Shown here: positions 49,345 to 61,440 of the stretch, piece after piece | Numbering within the stretch: the stretch's first letter is position 1 | Layout of the letters: every line of letters starts with the position of its first letter | Assembly: GCA_963742315.1 (NCBI GenBank) | Contig: CAVULE010000003.1 | Coordinates: 661,540-725,539 of the forward strand | From: an uncultured Verrucomicrobiae bacterium | GTDB taxonomy: Bacteria; Verrucomicrobiota; Verrucomicrobiia; Chthoniobacterales; UBA10450 | DNA: 64,000 nt | Reading direction: 5' to 3' | Made by a program: the position numbers and the translations under genes | Notes under the pieces: model-generated | What the model saw: the letters and a program-made list of their open reading frames with translations, nothing else | Databases searched by the model: none | Told to the model about the DNA's origin: nothing

Positions 49345-52300
49345 TTACCCTATCGCTGGCTGCGGTTCGGATTCCTCTATCATCGCCGCGGCCACCGGCT
49401 CGCCTTTCTCAATGAGACGAATTTCACGATGTTTTCCAAAACCGGTGCCGGCCGGAATCAAGTGACCCATAATCACATTCTCCTTAAATCCGCGGAGACG
49501 ATCGACCTTGCCCAGCGTAGCCGCTTCCGTCAGGACGCGTGTTGTATCCTGAAATGATGCCGCCGAGATGAAGCTATCGGTTTCAAGCGAGGCCTTGGTG
49601 ATTCCAAGTAGCACCGGCACGGCTTCCGCTGGTTTGCCGCCCTGCTCGACCACACGTTTGTTCTCCTCCTCGAACTCAAGCTTATCGACCTGATCGCCCC
49701 AAAGCAGCGTCGTGTCGCCGGGATCGGTAATTTTTACCTTGCGCAACATCTGGCGCACGATGATCTCGATGTGTTTGTCGTTAATCTCGACCCCTTGCAG
49801 CCGGTAAACTTCCTGCACCTCGTTTACCAGGTGTTCCTGTAAATCCTGCGGCCCGCACACTTCCAGAATTTCGTGCGGCACCACCGGCCCTTCGGTCATC
49901 TGCTGACCTTTCTTCACGAAGTCGCCTTTGAAAACGATGATGTGTTTGGTCAGCGGGATCAGGTGCTCCTCTTCTGCATTGGTCTCCGGATCCTTCAAAA
50001 TGAGGCGGCGCTTTCCGCGGACGGTCCCGCCCATTTCAACAACGCCATCGATTTTCGCGATCTCAGCCGCATCCTTGGGACGACGGGCTTCGAAAAGTTC
50101 CGCCACTCGCGGCAGACCGCCGGTGATATCTTTCGTCTTCGCCACTTTCCGCGGAGTTTTTGCAAGTAACGCGCCGGCGCGGACCTTTTGGCCTTCCTCG
50201 ACAATGACGTGCGCACCCGCCGGAATCGAGTAACTGGCGAGCACTTCCTTCTTCTCGCCCACAATCACGATTTGCGGATGCAAATCTTCCTTGTGTTCGA
50301 TAATGACCGTGCCCATCAGGCCGGTCGCTTCGTCGACGTCGCGTTTAATGGTGACGCCCGCAATCATGTCGCGGAATTCAATCTTGCCGCTTTTATCGGT
50401 AAGAATCGGGACGTTATAGGGATCCCATTGCACGAAGGTCTCGGCCTTTTTCACCTCGGCGCCATCTGGTTTGGAAATAACCGAGCCAATCACGACATTG
50501 TAGCGTTCGAGCTCGCGTCCTTCGGCATTGTGCACGCCGATGCTACCGTTCTTGTTCAGCACGATCCAACTGCCGTCGAGCGCCTGCACCGTGCGCAGAT
50601 CGTTGAACTGAAGATGGCCATCATTCTTCGCCTTAATGATCGGTTGCTTGAAGGTTTGGCTCGCGGTTCCACCGATGTGAAATGTTCGCATCGTCAATTG
50701 CGTTCCGGGCTCGCCAATCGATTGCGCCGCAATGATACCAACCGCTTCACCCAACTTCACGAATTGGCCGGTGGCCAGATTGCGTCCGTAGCACATCGCG
50801 CAAACGCCGCGGCCACATTCGCAGGTCAGGACCGAACGAATCTTTAATTCTTCCACACCAGCGCGCTGCAAATTGGCTGCGATTTGTTCGTCGATGAGCT
50901 GATTCGCTTTCACCAACTTCTTCTTTTTATCGACGGGGTCGACAATGGTCTGGCAACTGACGCGCCCAATGATGCGCTGAGCCAGATCGACCACTTCCTC
51001 GTCGCCCTCGTAAATGGAACGAACGGTGATCCCATTCACTGTTCCGCAATCATCTTCATTGATGATCACGTCCTGCGCGGCATCAACCAGTTTGCGAGTA
51101 AGATAACCGGAGTCGGCTGTTTTGAGCGCGGTGTCGGCCAGACCCTTTCGCGCACCGTGCGTCGAGATGAAGTATTCGAGTACCGTTAAACCTTCGCGGA
51201 AATTGGAAGTGATCGGGCGCTCGATGATTTCGCCGCTCGGCTTTGCCATCAAACCACGCATCCCGGCGAGCTGGCGAACCTGTTGGCGATTACCGCGCGC
51301 ACCAGAATCAACCATGAGGTAAACGGGGTTCAATTCCTTGCGCCCATCATTGTGCTCAAGGGTGCGGAACATGACGTTGGAGATTTCGTCACCGGCGTGC
51401 GTCCAGATGTCGATGATCTTATTGTATCGCTCGCCGTCGGTAATAATGCCTTTGCGATACTGTTGCTCTACCGTTTTGATTTGTTTGTAAGCGTTATCGA
51501 GTTCGATCTGCTTTTCTTTCGGAATAATCATGTCCGAAATTCCAATCGAAACGCCGGCTTTGGTCGCTTCGCGGAAACCCAGCTCCTTCAGTTTATCAAG
51601 CGTCTCGACCGTTCCTTCCTGACCAGAGACCTGGTAGCAGCGCCAGATAATGTCACTCAATTGCTTCTTGCCCGCAGCCCGATTGAAAAAACCAATGTCC
51701 TTTGGCCAAATTTGATTGAAGAGGACGCGGCCGGCGGTGGTCTCGATTACCCGTATGCCTTTGTCGCCATAAATAGTATCGCGGCCGAAATCGGGGTTCT
51801 TGAATCGAATGCGGTCATGCGTTTTGACCGAGCCCTCCGCCATCGCGAATTCCACCTCGACCGCATCGGCAAATAACGGCAGACGTGCCTCGCCATCACC
51901 GCCAGCGGCGCGGCGCGGGTTTTGCGTAAGGTAATAGCACCCGAGGGTGATGTCCTGCGACGGAGTAGTGATCGGCTTCCCACTCGAGGGCGAGAAAATG
52001 TTATTCGGCGCCAGCATCAACATGCGCGCTTCCATCTGTGCCTCGACTGACAACGGCACGTGCACCGCCATCTGGTCGCCGTCGAAGTCAGCGTTGTAAG
52101 CTGTGCAAACCAACGGATGAATGCGAATGGCTTCGCCTTCGATCAACTGTGGCTCGAACGCCTGGATCGAGAGTCGATGCAACGTCGGCGCGCGATTCAG
52201 CAGTACCGGATGCCCGCGGGTGACTTCGTCGAGAATGTCCCAGACTTCCGGCGTTTGCCGCTCGATCATCTTCTTGGCGCTACGCACAGTGTGGACGTAG

Positions 52301-53469
52301 CCCAGATCTTTCAGCCGCCGGATGATGAACGGCTCGAACAAAACTAGCGCCATTTTCTTGGGCAAACCGCATTGATGCAGTTTCAACTCCGGCCCGATGA
52401 CAATGACGGAACGGCCTGAATAATCGACCCGCTTCCCAAGCAAGTTTTGACGGAACCGTCCGCCCTTGCCCTTGAGCATGTCGGAAAGTGATTTCAGTGG
52501 ACGATTGCCCGCGCCCGTGACGGCGCGGCCGTGACGACCATTGTCGAAGAGCGCGTCGACCGCTTCCTGAAGCATGCGCTTCTCGTTGCGAATGATGACG
52601 TCGGGCGTTTTGAGTTGGAGTAAATTCTTCAACCGATTGTTGCGGTTGATGACGCGGCGATAGAGATCATTCAGATCGCTTGTGGCAAAACGTCCGCCTT
52701 CCAGCGGGACGAGCGGGCGCAAGTCCGGCGGAATCACCGGCAATACTTCCAGAACCATCCATTCCGGCCGCGCGTGCGAGGAGATGAAGCCCTGCACGAG
52801 TTTCAAACGTTTTGCCAATTTCTTGCGAATCTGTTTGCTCTTGGTATTTCCCATCGCCTGCTCGAGCTCTTTGTTGAGCTTATGCAGGTCGATCTCAGCT
52901 AATAATTTCTTGACGGCTTCCGCGCCCATTCCGGCGTTGAACCCTTCACCGTATTGCTCCTGCGCTTCGCGGAATTCGACCTCGTTCAGCAGCTGCGTCT
53001 TTTGCAGCGGCGTCTGGCCCGGATCAACCACGATGTAATCTTCGTAATAGATGACGCGCTCGAGTTGTCGCGCGCTCATGTCGAGCATAAGACCGAGGCG
53101 CGAGGGCATGCATTTGTAAAACCAGATGTGCGAAACCGGCACCGCCAGCTCAATGTGCCCCATTCGTTCGCGCCGTACCCGCGCCAGGGTCACTTCCACC
53201 CCACAGCGGTCGCAAATGACGCCTTTGTGTTTGATCCGCTTGTATTTCCCGCAGGAACATTCCCAATCGCGCGTCGGCCCAAAGATTCGCTCGCAGAAAA
53301 GTCCGCCCTTCTCCGGCTTAAATGTCCGGTAATTGATCGTCTCTGGATTTTTAACTTCGCCCTTGCTCCACGAGCGCATGGTATCGCTCGAGGCCACGCC
53401 AATCGCGACCTGATCAAAACCAACTGCCCTCTCTTCGCCCACTAACTCCCGCCAGGAATGTTCGTTCAT
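49345..53469 (-). CDS. rpoC: DNA-directed RNA polymerase subunit beta'
   Basis: 1374 aa. …[35 protein letters not shown]…, Zn-finger CSCGKY…C..CGVEV, and NADFDGDQM catalytic loop. Confidence 0.97.
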   Translation of the reverse strand: MNEHSWRELVGEERAVGFDQVAIGVASSDTMRSWSKGEVKNPETINYRTFKPEKGGLFCERIFGPTRDWECSCGKYKRIKHKGVICDRCGVEVTLARVRRERMGHIELAVPVSHIWFYKCMPSRLGLMLDMSARQLERVIYYEDYIVVDPGQTPLQKTQLLNEVEFREAQEQYGEGFNAGMGAEAVKKLLAEIDLHKLNKELEQAMGNTKSKQIRKKLAKRLKLVQGFISSHARPEWMVLEVLPVIPPDLRPLVPLEGGRFATSDLNDLYRRVINRNNRLKNLLQLKTPDVIIRNEKRMLQEAVDALFDNGRHGRAVTGAGNRPLKSLSDMLKGKGGRFRQNLLGKRVDYSGRSVIVIGPELKLHQCGLPKKMALVLFEPFIIRRLKDLGYVHTVRSAKKMIERQTPEVWDILDEVTRGHPVLLNRAPTLHRLSIQAFEPQLIEGEAIRIHPLVCTAYNADFDGDQMAVHVPLSVEAQMEARMLMLAPNNIFSPSSGKPITTPSQDITLGCYYLTQNPRRAAGGDGEARLPLFADAVEVEFAMAEGSVKTHDRIRFKNPDFGRDTIYGDKGIRVIETTAGRVLFNQIWPKDIGFFNRAAGKKQLSDIIWRCYQVSGQEGTVETLDKLKELGFREATKAGVSIGISDMIIPKEKQIELDNAYKQIKTVEQQYRKGIITDGERYNKIIDIWTHAGDEISNVMFRTLEHNDGRKELNPVYLMVDSGARGNRQQVRQLAGMRGLMAKPSGEIIERPITSNFREGLTVLEYFISTHGARKGLADTALKTADSGYLTRKLVDAAQDVIINEDDCGTVNGITVRSIYEGDEEVVDLAQRIIGRVSCQTIVDPVDKKKKLVKANQLIDEQIAANLQRAGVEELKIRSVLTCECGRGVCAMCYGRNLATGQFVKLGEAVGIIAAQSIGEPGTQLTMRTFHIGGTASQTFKQPIIKAKNDGHLQFNDLRTVQALDGSWIVLNKNGSIGVHNAEGRELERYNVVIGSVISKPDGAEVKKAETFVQWDPYNVPILTDKSGKIEFRDMIAGVTIKRDVDEATGLMGTVIIEHKEDLHPQIVIVGEKKEVLASYSIPAGAHVIVEEGQKVRAGALLAKTPRKVAKTKDITGGLPRVAELFEARRPKDAAEIAKIDGVVEMGGTVRGKRRLILKDPETNAEEEHLIPLTKHIIVFKGDFVKKGQQMTEGPVVPHEILEVCGPQDLQEHLVNEVQEVYRLQGVEINDKHIEIIVRQMLRKVKITDPGDTTLLWGDQVDKLEFEEENKRVVEQGGKPAEAVPVLLGITKASLETDSFISAASFQDTTRVLTEAATLGKVDRLRGFKENVIMGHLIPAGTGFGKHREIRLIEKGEPVAAAMIEESEPQPAIG

Positions 53470-53529
53470 CTATTTAATTCTCGTTAACTACTTCAAAAAT
53501 CGTTATTGGCCCTCCTGGACCGCGCCTCT

Positions 53530-53612
53530 GAAATTCCGAGCGCAGTCGAGGAATCTCTTACTATTTCCTCCGCCTCCAATGATCAGAGATGTCTCGACTT
53601 CGCTCGACATGA
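53530..53612. repeat. degenerate family A hairpin element in the rpoB-rpoC intergenic spacer
   Basis: …TTCCGAGCGCAGTCGAGGAATCTC…GAGATGTCTCGACTTCGCTCGACATGAC. Arms match the family-A consensus with a few substitutions. Confidence 0.5.
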
Positions 53613-53619
53613 CAAAAAG

Positions 53620-56600
53620 TTAGGCTGCACCATCGAAAACACTGGTCGGAGCCTGACCGCCAACTTTGACGTCGAGCCCGAGACTCTGCATTTCTTTGAT
53701 CAGCACGTTAAAAGATTCCGGGGTGCCCGCTTCCAGCGAGTTATCACCTTTCACGATGGATTCATAAATCCGGGTGCGTCCTTGCACGTCGTCGGATTTC
53801 ACGGTCAGCAACTCCTGAAGAGTATAAGCGGCGCCGTACGCTTCCAGCGCCCACACTTCCATCTCGCCAAAACGCTGGCCGCCATATTGGGCCTTTCCGC
53901 CCAGCGGCTGTTGCGTAACCAGTGAGTACGGACCAACCGCACGTGCGTGAATTTTATCGGCCACGAGGTGACCGAGCTTCATCATGTAGATGTAGCCGAC
54001 CACCACTTCCTGATCGAAGGCGTCGCCAGTGCGCCCATCGAACAACCGGGCCTTGCCATTTTCATGCACCCAACTGAAGCCTTCAACTTTCTTCGCCTCC
54101 TTTAAATACTCGCGGATCTTGCTTTCAGGAATTCCGTCGAAGACCGGCGTCGCCACTCGGAAGCCGAGCGCTTTTGCGGCCACACCAAGATGGGTTTCGA
54201 GCACCTGACCGACATTCATACGGCTTGGCACACCCAGCGGATTCAGCACGATTTCCACCGGCGTTCCATCCGGCAAAAACGGCATATCTTCTTCCGGCAC
54301 GATGCGCGCGACCACGCCTTTGTTGCCGTGGCGGCCGGCCATCTTGTCGCCAACCGAAAGCTTGCGCTTGCTCGCGATGTAAACTTTTACCTGTTTAATG
54401 ATGCCGGGATCGATATCGTCGCCGCTCTCCACCCGGTCCATCGCGCGTTCCCGCTCGAGTTCAAGCTCGGCAAACTTGTGTTCGTACGAGGCAATGATCT
54501 CGCGGATCTTGTTCCGGATGGGCGAGGGATCGATCTCGATGTGATCGTAAACGTTCGCCAGCTTGCGCAATAGCGTCTTAGTAATCTTGCGATTCGCCGG
54601 GATGATGATTTCGCCAGTCTGCGCGTTCACCACATCGAGCGGAATTTTTTCACCCAGCAAGATATTGGAAAGCGAATCGGTTAACTGTTCCGTCAACCCT
54701 TCCTTCTTTTTGCGATGGTCTTCTGTGATCGTTTTGAGCTGACGTTTCGTTTCTGTCGGCGTCAATTTCTCGCGCGAGACTTCGCGGCGTGACGAAACCT
54801 TCACATCCATCACGATGCCGTAAGTGCCGGATGGAACAGTCAAGGACGTGTCTTTCACGTCGGCGGCTTTTTCACCGAAGATAGCGCGCAGCAATCGTTC
54901 TTCCGGCGCCAGTTCCGTTTCGGATTTCGGCGTGATTTTGCCGACTAGAATGTCGCCCGGTTTCACTTCCGCGCCGACCCGAACCACTCCGTCCGGTCCC
55001 AGATTGCGCAGCGCTTCTTCACTGACATTTGGAATATCGCGCGTGATTTCTTCCGGCCCGAGCTTGGTATCGCGTGCCCCGATCTCGAACTCGTCGATGT
55101 GAATGGAAGTGTAGATATCTTCCTTCACCACCTTCTCCGAGATCATGATGGCGTCTTCAAAGTTGTAACCGTTCCAGGGCATGAACGCGACCAGGACATT
55201 GCGCCCAAGCGCCAGTTCGCCGTGATCGGTGTTCGGTCCATCGGCGATGACCTGTCCGCGCTTCACGTGCTGACCTTTTTTCACGATCGGCTTCTGGTTC
55301 ACGCACGTGCCGGCGTTCGAGCGCATGAATTTGCGCAGTTCGTAAACATGAACGCCCGCCTCCGAATCGCTCTTCAATTTCTTACGCCCTTCCGGCATGT
55401 GACCGTCTTTTGTCACCACGATTTGATCGGCCGTAACAGAAGCAACTTTTCCGCTATCGATCGCAATCAGAACCGCGTGTGAATCGCGCGCGACCTTGCT
55501 CTCAAGCCCGGTGCCGACCAATGGTGCTTCGTTCACAATCAGTGGCACGCCCTGGCGTTGCATGTTCGAACCCATGAGAGCGCGGTTAGCGTCGTCATGT
55601 TCTAAAAATGGAATCAATCCCGCCGCCACCGAAACCAGCTGTTTCGGCGACACATCCATGTAATGCACCTTCGAAGGTTCGACTTCGAGAAAGTCCCCAC
55701 GGTAACGCACTGAAACTTTTTCGCCGGTGAAATGGCCCCGGCCATCAATCGGAGCGTTCGCCTGCGCCACCAGATAATTCTCTTCGCGATCGCCGGTAAG
55801 ATATTCCACTTCGTCGGTAACGCGGCCGTTGTGAACCTTGCGATAAGGCGTCTCGATAAAGCCAAATTCGTTGATTCGGGCAAAGGTCGACATCGAGCTG
55901 ATTAATCCAATGTTCGGCCCTTCTGGCGTCTCGATTGGGCAAATCCGTCCGTAGTGCGAGGGATGAACGTCGCGCACTTCGAATCCGGCACGATCACGCG
56001 AGAGACCGCCCGGTCCCAGCGCCGAAAGCCGACGCTTGTGGGTCAGCTCCGCCAGCGGATTCGTCTGATCCATGAATTGGGAAAGCTGTGAGCGACCAAA
56101 GAAATCGCGAATGACCGCGCTGAGCGCCTTGGGATTGATCAGCTTTTGCGGAGTCATCCCGTCGATATTGATGTCGAACAAAGTCATGCGCTCTTTCACC
56201 AGACGCTCCGTACGCGCCAGACCGACGCGGCATTGATTGGCCAGGAGCTCTCCTACGGTGCGAACGCGGCGGCTCCCCAGATGATCGATGTCGTCGAGCG
56301 TGCCTTCGCCGCGGCGTAGATTGATCAGGTATTTGATCGCGGCGATAAAATCCTTGTCCGTCAAAATTCGCTCGTTCAGATCCACGTCGATCCCGAGTTT
56401 TTGGTTCAACTTATAGCGCCCGACTCGCCCGAGATCGTATTTCTTCGGATCAAAAAACAGTCGTTTCAAAAGAGCGCGCGCATTGGCCACCGTTGGCGGA
56501 TCGCCCGGGCGCAGGCGGCGGTAAATATCCTTGAGCGCTTCTTCTTGGTCATGAGCCGGATCTTTCTTCAACGCCTTTACCACCGTGTCGTCCGTCGAAA

Positions 56601-57426
56601 TGTCGATCACCTTCACTTCCTTGATTCCAAGCGCCATAATCTGGCGAACAGTCGCGAGCGTGAGCGGTTCAAACGCGCGCGCCACCGTGACCTCGCCGTC
56701 GCGCACCTCGGCCGTCAGCACCTTGGTCGTGAGCATTTCTTCGTCGAGCTTCTCGCTCAATTTCAGCGTCTCGATGTTATAAAAAAGTTTAATGACGTCT
56801 TCATCGGGGCCATACCCGAGAGCGCGCAGAAAAGTGGTGGCCAAAAATTTCCGGCGGCGTTTCCGGCGATCGAGATAGATATAGAGGAGGTCGGCGGTAT
56901 CGAATTGCACTTCGATCCACGAGCCGCGATCGGGAATGATGCGAAAACTGTAAAGCACCTTGCCGTTGAGGTGCACCGATGATTCAAAGGCGATCCCGGG
57001 CGAACGATGCAGCTGGGAAACAACCACCCGCTCCGCCCCATTGATCACAAACGTTCCCTGCGGCGTCATGAGCGGGATCTCGCCCATATAGACTTTCTCT
57101 TCCTTAGTCCCCTTTTCCTCCTTGAGCTGGAAGGTGACGTGCAGGGGTGCGCTAAAAGTCTGCCCTTCGCGTTGCGCTTCCAACGCAGCCAATTTTGGCT
57201 CGCCAATCTCGTAATGACTAAAATCCAACGTCGCCTTTTCGTCGTAACTCTGGATCGGGAAAACTTCCTTGAAGACAGCCTGCAAGCCGTAGTTCTTGCG
57301 TTTGGCCAGCGGTACGTCTTTTTGCAAAAAGTCGACGTACGAGTTCAGCTGAACTTCGATGAGATTTGGCGGCTCAATGCCTTCTTTGATGCTTCCGAAA
57401 TGAATGCGCTCTGCCCGTTCTGACAT
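53620..57426 (-). CDS. rpoB: DNA-directed RNA polymerase subunit beta
   Basis: 1268 aa. …[25 protein letters not shown]… (rifampicin cluster), …[14 protein letters not shown]…. Confidence 0.97.
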   Translation of the reverse strand: MSERAERIHFGSIKEGIEPPNLIEVQLNSYVDFLQKDVPLAKRKNYGLQAVFKEVFPIQSYDEKATLDFSHYEIGEPKLAALEAQREGQTFSAPLHVTFQLKEEKGTKEEKVYMGEIPLMTPQGTFVINGAERVVVSQLHRSPGIAFESSVHLNGKVLYSFRIIPDRGSWIEVQFDTADLLYIYLDRRKRRRKFLATTFLRALGYGPDEDVIKLFYNIETLKLSEKLDEEMLTTKVLTAEVRDGEVTVARAFEPLTLATVRQIMALGIKEVKVIDISTDDTVVKALKKDPAHDQEEALKDIYRRLRPGDPPTVANARALLKRLFFDPKKYDLGRVGRYKLNQKLGIDVDLNERILTDKDFIAAIKYLINLRRGEGTLDDIDHLGSRRVRTVGELLANQCRVGLARTERLVKERMTLFDINIDGMTPQKLINPKALSAVIRDFFGRSQLSQFMDQTNPLAELTHKRRLSALGPGGLSRDRAGFEVRDVHPSHYGRICPIETPEGPNIGLISSMSTFARINEFGFIETPYRKVHNGRVTDEVEYLTGDREENYLVAQANAPIDGRGHFTGEKVSVRYRGDFLEVEPSKVHYMDVSPKQLVSVAAGLIPFLEHDDANRALMGSNMQRQGVPLIVNEAPLVGTGLESKVARDSHAVLIAIDSGKVASVTADQIVVTKDGHMPEGRKKLKSDSEAGVHVYELRKFMRSNAGTCVNQKPIVKKGQHVKRGQVIADGPNTDHGELALGRNVLVAFMPWNGYNFEDAIMISEKVVKEDIYTSIHIDEFEIGARDTKLGPEEITRDIPNVSEEALRNLGPDGVVRVGAEVKPGDILVGKITPKSETELAPEERLLRAIFGEKAADVKDTSLTVPSGTYGIVMDVKVSSRREVSREKLTPTETKRQLKTITEDHRKKKEGLTEQLTDSLSNILLGEKIPLDVVNAQTGEIIIPANRKITKTLLRKLANVYDHIEIDPSPIRNKIREIIASYEHKFAELELERERAMDRVESGDDIDPGIIKQVKVYIASKRKLSVGDKMAGRHGNKGVVARIVPEEDMPFLPDGTPVEIVLNPLGVPSRMNVGQVLETHLGVAAKALGFRVATPVFDGIPESKIREYLKEAKKVEGFSWVHENGKARLFDGRTGDAFDQEVVVGYIYMMKLGHLVADKIHARAVGPYSLVTQQPLGGKAQYGGQRFGEMEVWALEAYGAAYTLQELLTVKSDDVQGRTRIYESIVKGDNSLEAGTPESFNVLIKEMQSLGLDVKVGGQAPTSVFDGAA

Positions 57427-57837
57427 AATTAGTTTTCTGCTAGCGGTGCCAACTGTGCTGCGTCAGGGGAAACGCGGCCAGTTTTCTGGGGTTTCTATGT
57501 CTCCAGCCGATTGCGAAGACGACAAAAATGACACCGAATCGGCAGTATGTCAAATTGACCACCACCGTTTCGCTGCCTGCCTAAATTTTCTTGTCCGTCG
57601 TCCGCCGGGTTAAAAATAAATTTGTTTACTCTTAACGAAAACGCTCTTTGCCACGAATCGCCGCGCCGCGCAAGAAAAAAATTTCACGCGCCAGGGCTTT
57701 TCTGTAGCGGAAGTCCATCACCGCCGGGGGCGGAAGTCGCCTATCACTAACTATTCGGAAACCGCAAAGGCCGCTCCTTGAAAACGCTTCTGCCGCCAGC
57801 TACAACGAAATGATGTTGATCCAGACCGCCCCCCAAA

Positions 57838-57900
57838 GCGTCGCCCTACCAAAGACCATCGAACGCGGGGAAATCGGCAGGGCGAGACTCCGTCGAGCCG
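57838..57900. repeat. family B repeat copy with upstream inverted partner (GTCGCCCTACCAA … GGCAGGGCGAGACTCCGTCGAGCCG)
   Basis: Core identical to the other B copies. Lies in the rplL-rpoB spacer. Confidence 0.6.
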
Positions 57901-57927
57901 CAAGTCGTTGAGAGGACTCAGCTTACC

Positions 57928-57961
57928 CGGGACGCGACTTCCGCGCGTCCCCCCATTTTTT
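57928..57961 (+). terminator. terminator-like GC hairpin + T-run (plus-strand orientation) in rplL-rpoB spacer
   Basis: GGGACGCG-ACTTC-CGCGTCCC followed by CCATTTTTTAT. The U-tract is only correct for a plus-strand transcript, whereas flanking genes are minus. Confidence 0.25.
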
Positions 57962-57985
57962 ATCGGCAACATGCCGATGCCACGC

Positions 57986-58375
57986 TTACTTGATCTCGAC
58001 CTTTGCCCCAGCCGCTTCGATTTTCTTTTTCATCTCGTCGGCTTCGGCTTTGGTCACGCCTTCCTTGATCGTCTTTGGCGCGCCTTCTACAAGCGCTTTC
58101 GCTTCCGCCAGGCCAAGGCCCGGCACCGCGCTGCGCACTTCCTTGATCACGCCGATCTTGTTGGTTCCCATTTCCTTTAAGATCACCTCGAAAGTGGTTT
58201 TCTCTTCCGCCGCCGGAGCTGCTGCGCCACCACCACCCGCCGCTGGCGCCGCCGCCATCGCTACGGGAGCCGCCGCGCTCACGCCCCATTTTTCTTCGAG
58301 TTGTTTCACCAATCCAGCAATCTCGAGGACGGTCAATCCGCTGAGTTGCTCCACAATTTTGTCTGTATCTGCCAT
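57986..58375 (-). CDS. rplL: 50S ribosomal protein L7/L12
   Basis: [32 protein letters not shown]…Ala-rich hinge…KIGVIKEVR…[12 protein letters not shown]. Confidence 0.95.
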   Translation of the reverse strand: MADTDKIVEQLSGLTVLEIAGLVKQLEEKWGVSAAAPVAMAAAPAAGGGGAAAPAAEEKTTFEVILKEMGTNKIGVIKEVRSAVPGLGLAEAKALVEGAPKTIKEGVTKAEADEMKKKIEAAGAKVEIK

Positions 58376-58442
58376 TGTATTTCCTCGGTTCGCCGCTTCC
58401 GAAAGCCTTCGGAAAATTAAAGCCGATAGCCATCAGCTCGGA

Positions 58443-58500
58443 CAATTTTCGTTTCTTTTCTTTCTGTAGCCACGGCTCTATGAGCCGTGCACGCGTCTCA
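58443..58500. repeat. family E repeat (CTGTAGCCACGGCTCTATGAGCCGTG + CACGCGTCTCACAGAGACGCG)
   Basis: Internal palindrome CACGGCTC-TAT-GAGCCGTG. Related copy at 59811..59846 (CTGTAGCGACGGTCTATGACCGTCG). Confidence 0.5.
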
Positions 58501-58522
58501 CAGAGACGCGGCTACAAATCTC

Positions 58523-59056
58523 TTATGCGCTAGCCTCCGCTGGTGTCCCTTCCTTCTGCGCTTTCGCGTTCAATAACCTAGCCAACGACGCGCCCGGCTC
58601 GTTTAACAACCGCACCAGCTTTGTCGCCGGTGACATTAGCAACCCAAGTAATTGCGCCAATAAAACTTCGCGCGAGGGCAAATCTGCCAGCGCCTCAATT
58701 TCCTGCGCCGATAAAATCGATTTGTCGATCACTCCGATTTTCAGCGCCGCGACCTTGAATTCCGCCGCGAACGTTTTCAGAATTTTCGCGACTGGCGCGA
58801 CATCTTTTTGGCCCATCACGATCGCAGTCTGACCACTGAGTTTATCAGCGACATCAGGCAAACCGGAATCGCTCATCGCACGTTTCAAGAAACTGTTTTT
58901 CACCACCCGCACTTCTGCGCCCGCGGGCGCGAGCCGGTTCCTCAAATCGCCGAATTGATCGACCTTCATCCGCTGATAGTCGGTCACCAGCACGAACGGC
59001 GACCGGTTCAACTTCTCGGCGAGATCGGAAACGATGTTGGCTTTTTCGGGTCTCAT
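58523..59056 (-). CDS. rplJ: 50S ribosomal protein L10
   Basis: MRPEKANIVSDLAEKLNRSPFVLVTDYQRMKVDQ…. Confidence 0.9.
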   Translation of the reverse strand: MRPEKANIVSDLAEKLNRSPFVLVTDYQRMKVDQFGDLRNRLAPAGAEVRVVKNSFLKRAMSDSGLPDVADKLSGQTAIVMGQKDVAPVAKILKTFAAEFKVAALKIGVIDKSILSAQEIEALADLPSREVLLAQLLGLLMSPATKLVRLLNEPGASLARLLNAKAQKEGTPAEASA

Positions 59057-59062
59057 AAAAAT

Positions 59063-59767
59063 TTACACGCTCAAATAGGGCGATGGATCAATATGCACGC
59101 CGGGCGACATCGTTGCACTCAACGTCATCGCTTCCACATAACGTCCCTTCGCCGTCGCAGGTCGCGCCCGCACCACTGCCTCGATCACCGCATTGCCATT
59201 CTCCACCAGTGCACTCTCGGCAAAAGAAAATTTTCCCACGGGCACCGCGACATTCCCATTCTTGTCGAGTTTGAACTCAACGCGACCAGCCTTCACCTCC
59301 TGCACCGCTTTCGCCGTGTCATCCGTCACCGTTCCGGTCTTTGGATTCGGCATCAGGCCGCGCGGTCCCAAAACCTTTCCCAGCTTGCGCACTTCCGCCA
59401 TCGCCGCCGGTGTTGCGACCGCCACGTCAAAATCCTGAAAACCTTCCTGCACTTTTTGAATCAAATCCTTGAAGCCGATAAAATCCGCACCCGCCTGTTT
59501 CGCATCGTCCGCCGCTTTGCCTTCGGCAAAAACAAGGACCCGCACTTTTTTCCCGCTGCCGTGGGGGAGCGGACAAGTCCCACGGACCATTTGATCGGAC
59601 TGTTTCGGGTCGACTCCAAGTCGGAATGAAACCGTCACCGTTTGATCGAACTTGGTCGGCTGAAATTTTTTCAATGTCGCCACCGCATCGTTCAAGCTAT
59701 AGGCCTTCTTCCGGTCCACCTGCTCGGCGGAAGCGCGATAACGTTTGCTGCGATTTTGTTGCATCAT
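59063..59767 (-). CDS. rplA: 50S ribosomal protein L1
   Basis: …FDQTVTVSFRLGVDPKQSDQMVRG…GKKVRVLVFAEG…. Confidence 0.9.
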   Translation of the reverse strand: MMQQNRSKRYRASAEQVDRKKAYSLNDAVATLKKFQPTKFDQTVTVSFRLGVDPKQSDQMVRGTCPLPHGSGKKVRVLVFAEGKAADDAKQAGADFIGFKDLIQKVQEGFQDFDVAVATPAAMAEVRKLGKVLGPRGLMPNPKTGTVTDDTAKAVQEVKAGRVEFKLDKNGNVAVPVGKFSFAESALVENGNAVIEAVVRARPATAKGRYVEAMTLSATMSPGVHIDPSPYLSV

Positions 59768-59810
59768 CTTATGCAGTCCAAGCGAGCCGAAACTCTCCTG
59801 CTAAATTTTC

Positions 59811-59846
59811 CCTGTAGCGACGGTCTATGACCGTCGAAACGGGCGA
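59811..59846. repeat. family E repeat copy
   Basis: CTGTAGCGACGGTCTATGACCGTCG, upstream of rplA. Confidence 0.5.
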
Positions 59847-59891
59847 CCAAGCTAGCGGCTATTGGCGCGTTGTCAAAAGGCGCTCGCTAGC

Positions 59892-59988
59892 GTCATTCCG
59901 AGCCGCGCAGACGGCGAGGAACCTCACAAATGCTCGTTAACGGGCGGCCTAAGAGAGATCCCTCGCCGTCTGCGCGGCTCGGGATGAC
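59892..59988. repeat. family A-related hairpin element (GTCATTCCGAGCCGCGCAGACGGCGAGG … CCTCGCCGTCTGCGCGGCTCGGGATGAC)
   Basis: Same GTCATYCCGAGC/GCTCGGGATGAC termini as family A, with a different inner stem. Upstream of rplA, where rplK would be expected. Confidence 0.65.
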
Positions 59989-60016
59989 AGAAAAAATGCG
60001 CGCGACGCCCCCAGAT

Positions 60017-61426
60017 TCAAAAATCCGCCGGAATTTCCTCCGTCACATTTTGCGCCGCCGTCTTCGCCGGTGGAGGCGTCGCCGGCCCATTCCGAATAAT
60101 TTTCCCTTCCTTCATCACAAATGAAACCCGTTCCGTCGCAGTGATGTCCTGCGTTGGATCACCGGGCATCGCGATGACATCTGCCAGTTTTCCTTTCTCC
60201 AATGTTCCGAGTTTTTGCGCGACCCCCAGTAACTCAGCATCGTTCGCTGTCGCGCTCTTCAGAGCATCCATCGGCGGCATTCCCAGATCGGTCATCAACT
60301 TAAATTCTTTCGCGTTCTGCCCGTGCGGAAAAACCGCCGCATCCGTCCCGAAGGAGATTTTCACTCCGATCTTGAGCGCGTTCCGGAACATCTCCGAGCG
60401 CGCGTTGTAGGCCGCGATTGCTTTCGCCTGCAACGCCGGCGGATAACCATCGAGCTTCGCCTTAATATATTCCGCCGCCATCAGCGTCGGTGTCAGGAAA
60501 GTCCCCTTGTTTTTCATCAACGTCAGCGTCTCAGGTTTCAAGAAGGAACCGTGCTCGATCGAATCGACACCAGCCTCGATCGCTTCCCGTCCCGCCTGAT
60601 CGCCGTGGCAATGCACCGCCACTTTTTTGCGTAACCGATGCGATTCATCAACCAGCGCCGCCATCTCTGCGGGGGTGAATTGCGGTGTGTCCACCTCGTC
60701 CGTCAGCGAAAGTACACCGCCCGAGACTGCGGCCTTGATTACGTCCGCGCCGTTTCTCACCTCAAAACGAACAGCTTTGCGCACAGCATCGGGCCCGTCG
60801 GCAATTCCATCGGCCACATCCGGTTCGGGTCCGAAAAGTCCGTCGCGGAATCCGGCCGCTTCGTCAAAATGGCCACCGGTCGCGCCGATGCCATAGGTGG
60901 CGACGAACATGCGCGGCCCAACCACAATTCCTTTTGCGATGGCATCGCGCAGCGAAACATCAATGCAATCGTGCGAGCGGTAGGTCCGTGCCCCGACATC
61001 CCGCACGGTGGTAAATCCGGCTTCCACGGTGGCGCGCGCCGCCGGAATCACGCTGTAGGCCTTGGCCGAGGTCGAGATTTGCAGCTCTCTCAAACGCGTT
61101 GCCTGATAGTTCGTATAATCGAGCGTGAGATGCGTATGCGCATCCATGAACCCAGGCGATAACGTCGCGTCGCCGAGATCGATTACTTGCGCATCCGGCG
61201 GAACCGCGACATTCGCGCCTGCATCGACAATCTTGTCGCCCTGGACAAGCACCACTCCGTTCTGAATCAGCGCGCGAGATTTTCCATCGAACAATCGCGC
61301 TGCTTTTAAGGCGATGGTTTGATCCGCGGCTATCGCCGAAGCGACGGAAATTACCGCGGCGACCGCGACGAGAGAGAAGAAAATCTTAAAATTCATGCTC
61401 GCGCTTATCAGATTGGTTGGCCGCAC
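60017..61426 (-). CDS. secreted amidohydrolase-family metallo-hydrolase
   Basis: Signal peptide. …GFMDAHTHL… (HxH metal site), …VHCHGDQA…, …FGTDAAV… (Asp): amidohydrolase_1 signatures. Confidence 0.75.
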   Translation of the reverse strand: MRPTNLISASMNFKIFFSLVAVAAVISVASAIAADQTIALKAARLFDGKSRALIQNGVVLVQGDKIVDAGANVAVPPDAQVIDLGDATLSPGFMDAHTHLTLDYTNYQATRLRELQISTSAKAYSVIPAARATVEAGFTTVRDVGARTYRSHDCIDVSLRDAIAKGIVVGPRMFVATYGIGATGGHFDEAAGFRDGLFGPEPDVADGIADGPDAVRKAVRFEVRNGADVIKAAVSGGVLSLTDEVDTPQFTPAEMAALVDESHRLRKKVAVHCHGDQAGREAIEAGVDSIEHGSFLKPETLTLMKNKGTFLTPTLMAAEYIKAKLDGYPPALQAKAIAAYNARSEMFRNALKIGVKISFGTDAAVFPHGQNAKEFKLMTDLGMPPMDALKSATANDAELLGVAQKLGTLEKGKLADVIAMPGDPTQDITATERVSFVMKEGKIIRNGPATPPPAKTAAQNVTEEIPADF

Positions 61427-61440
61427 TCAAGCTGTTCTGG

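Noticed and set aside
49873-57423. Numerous 60-220-aa ORFs on the plus strand inside rpoC and rpoB (e.g. 50188..50847, 51283..51876, 56401..56982)
   Set aside because: They are antisense to highly conserved RNAP genes. These are GC-rich frame artefacts.
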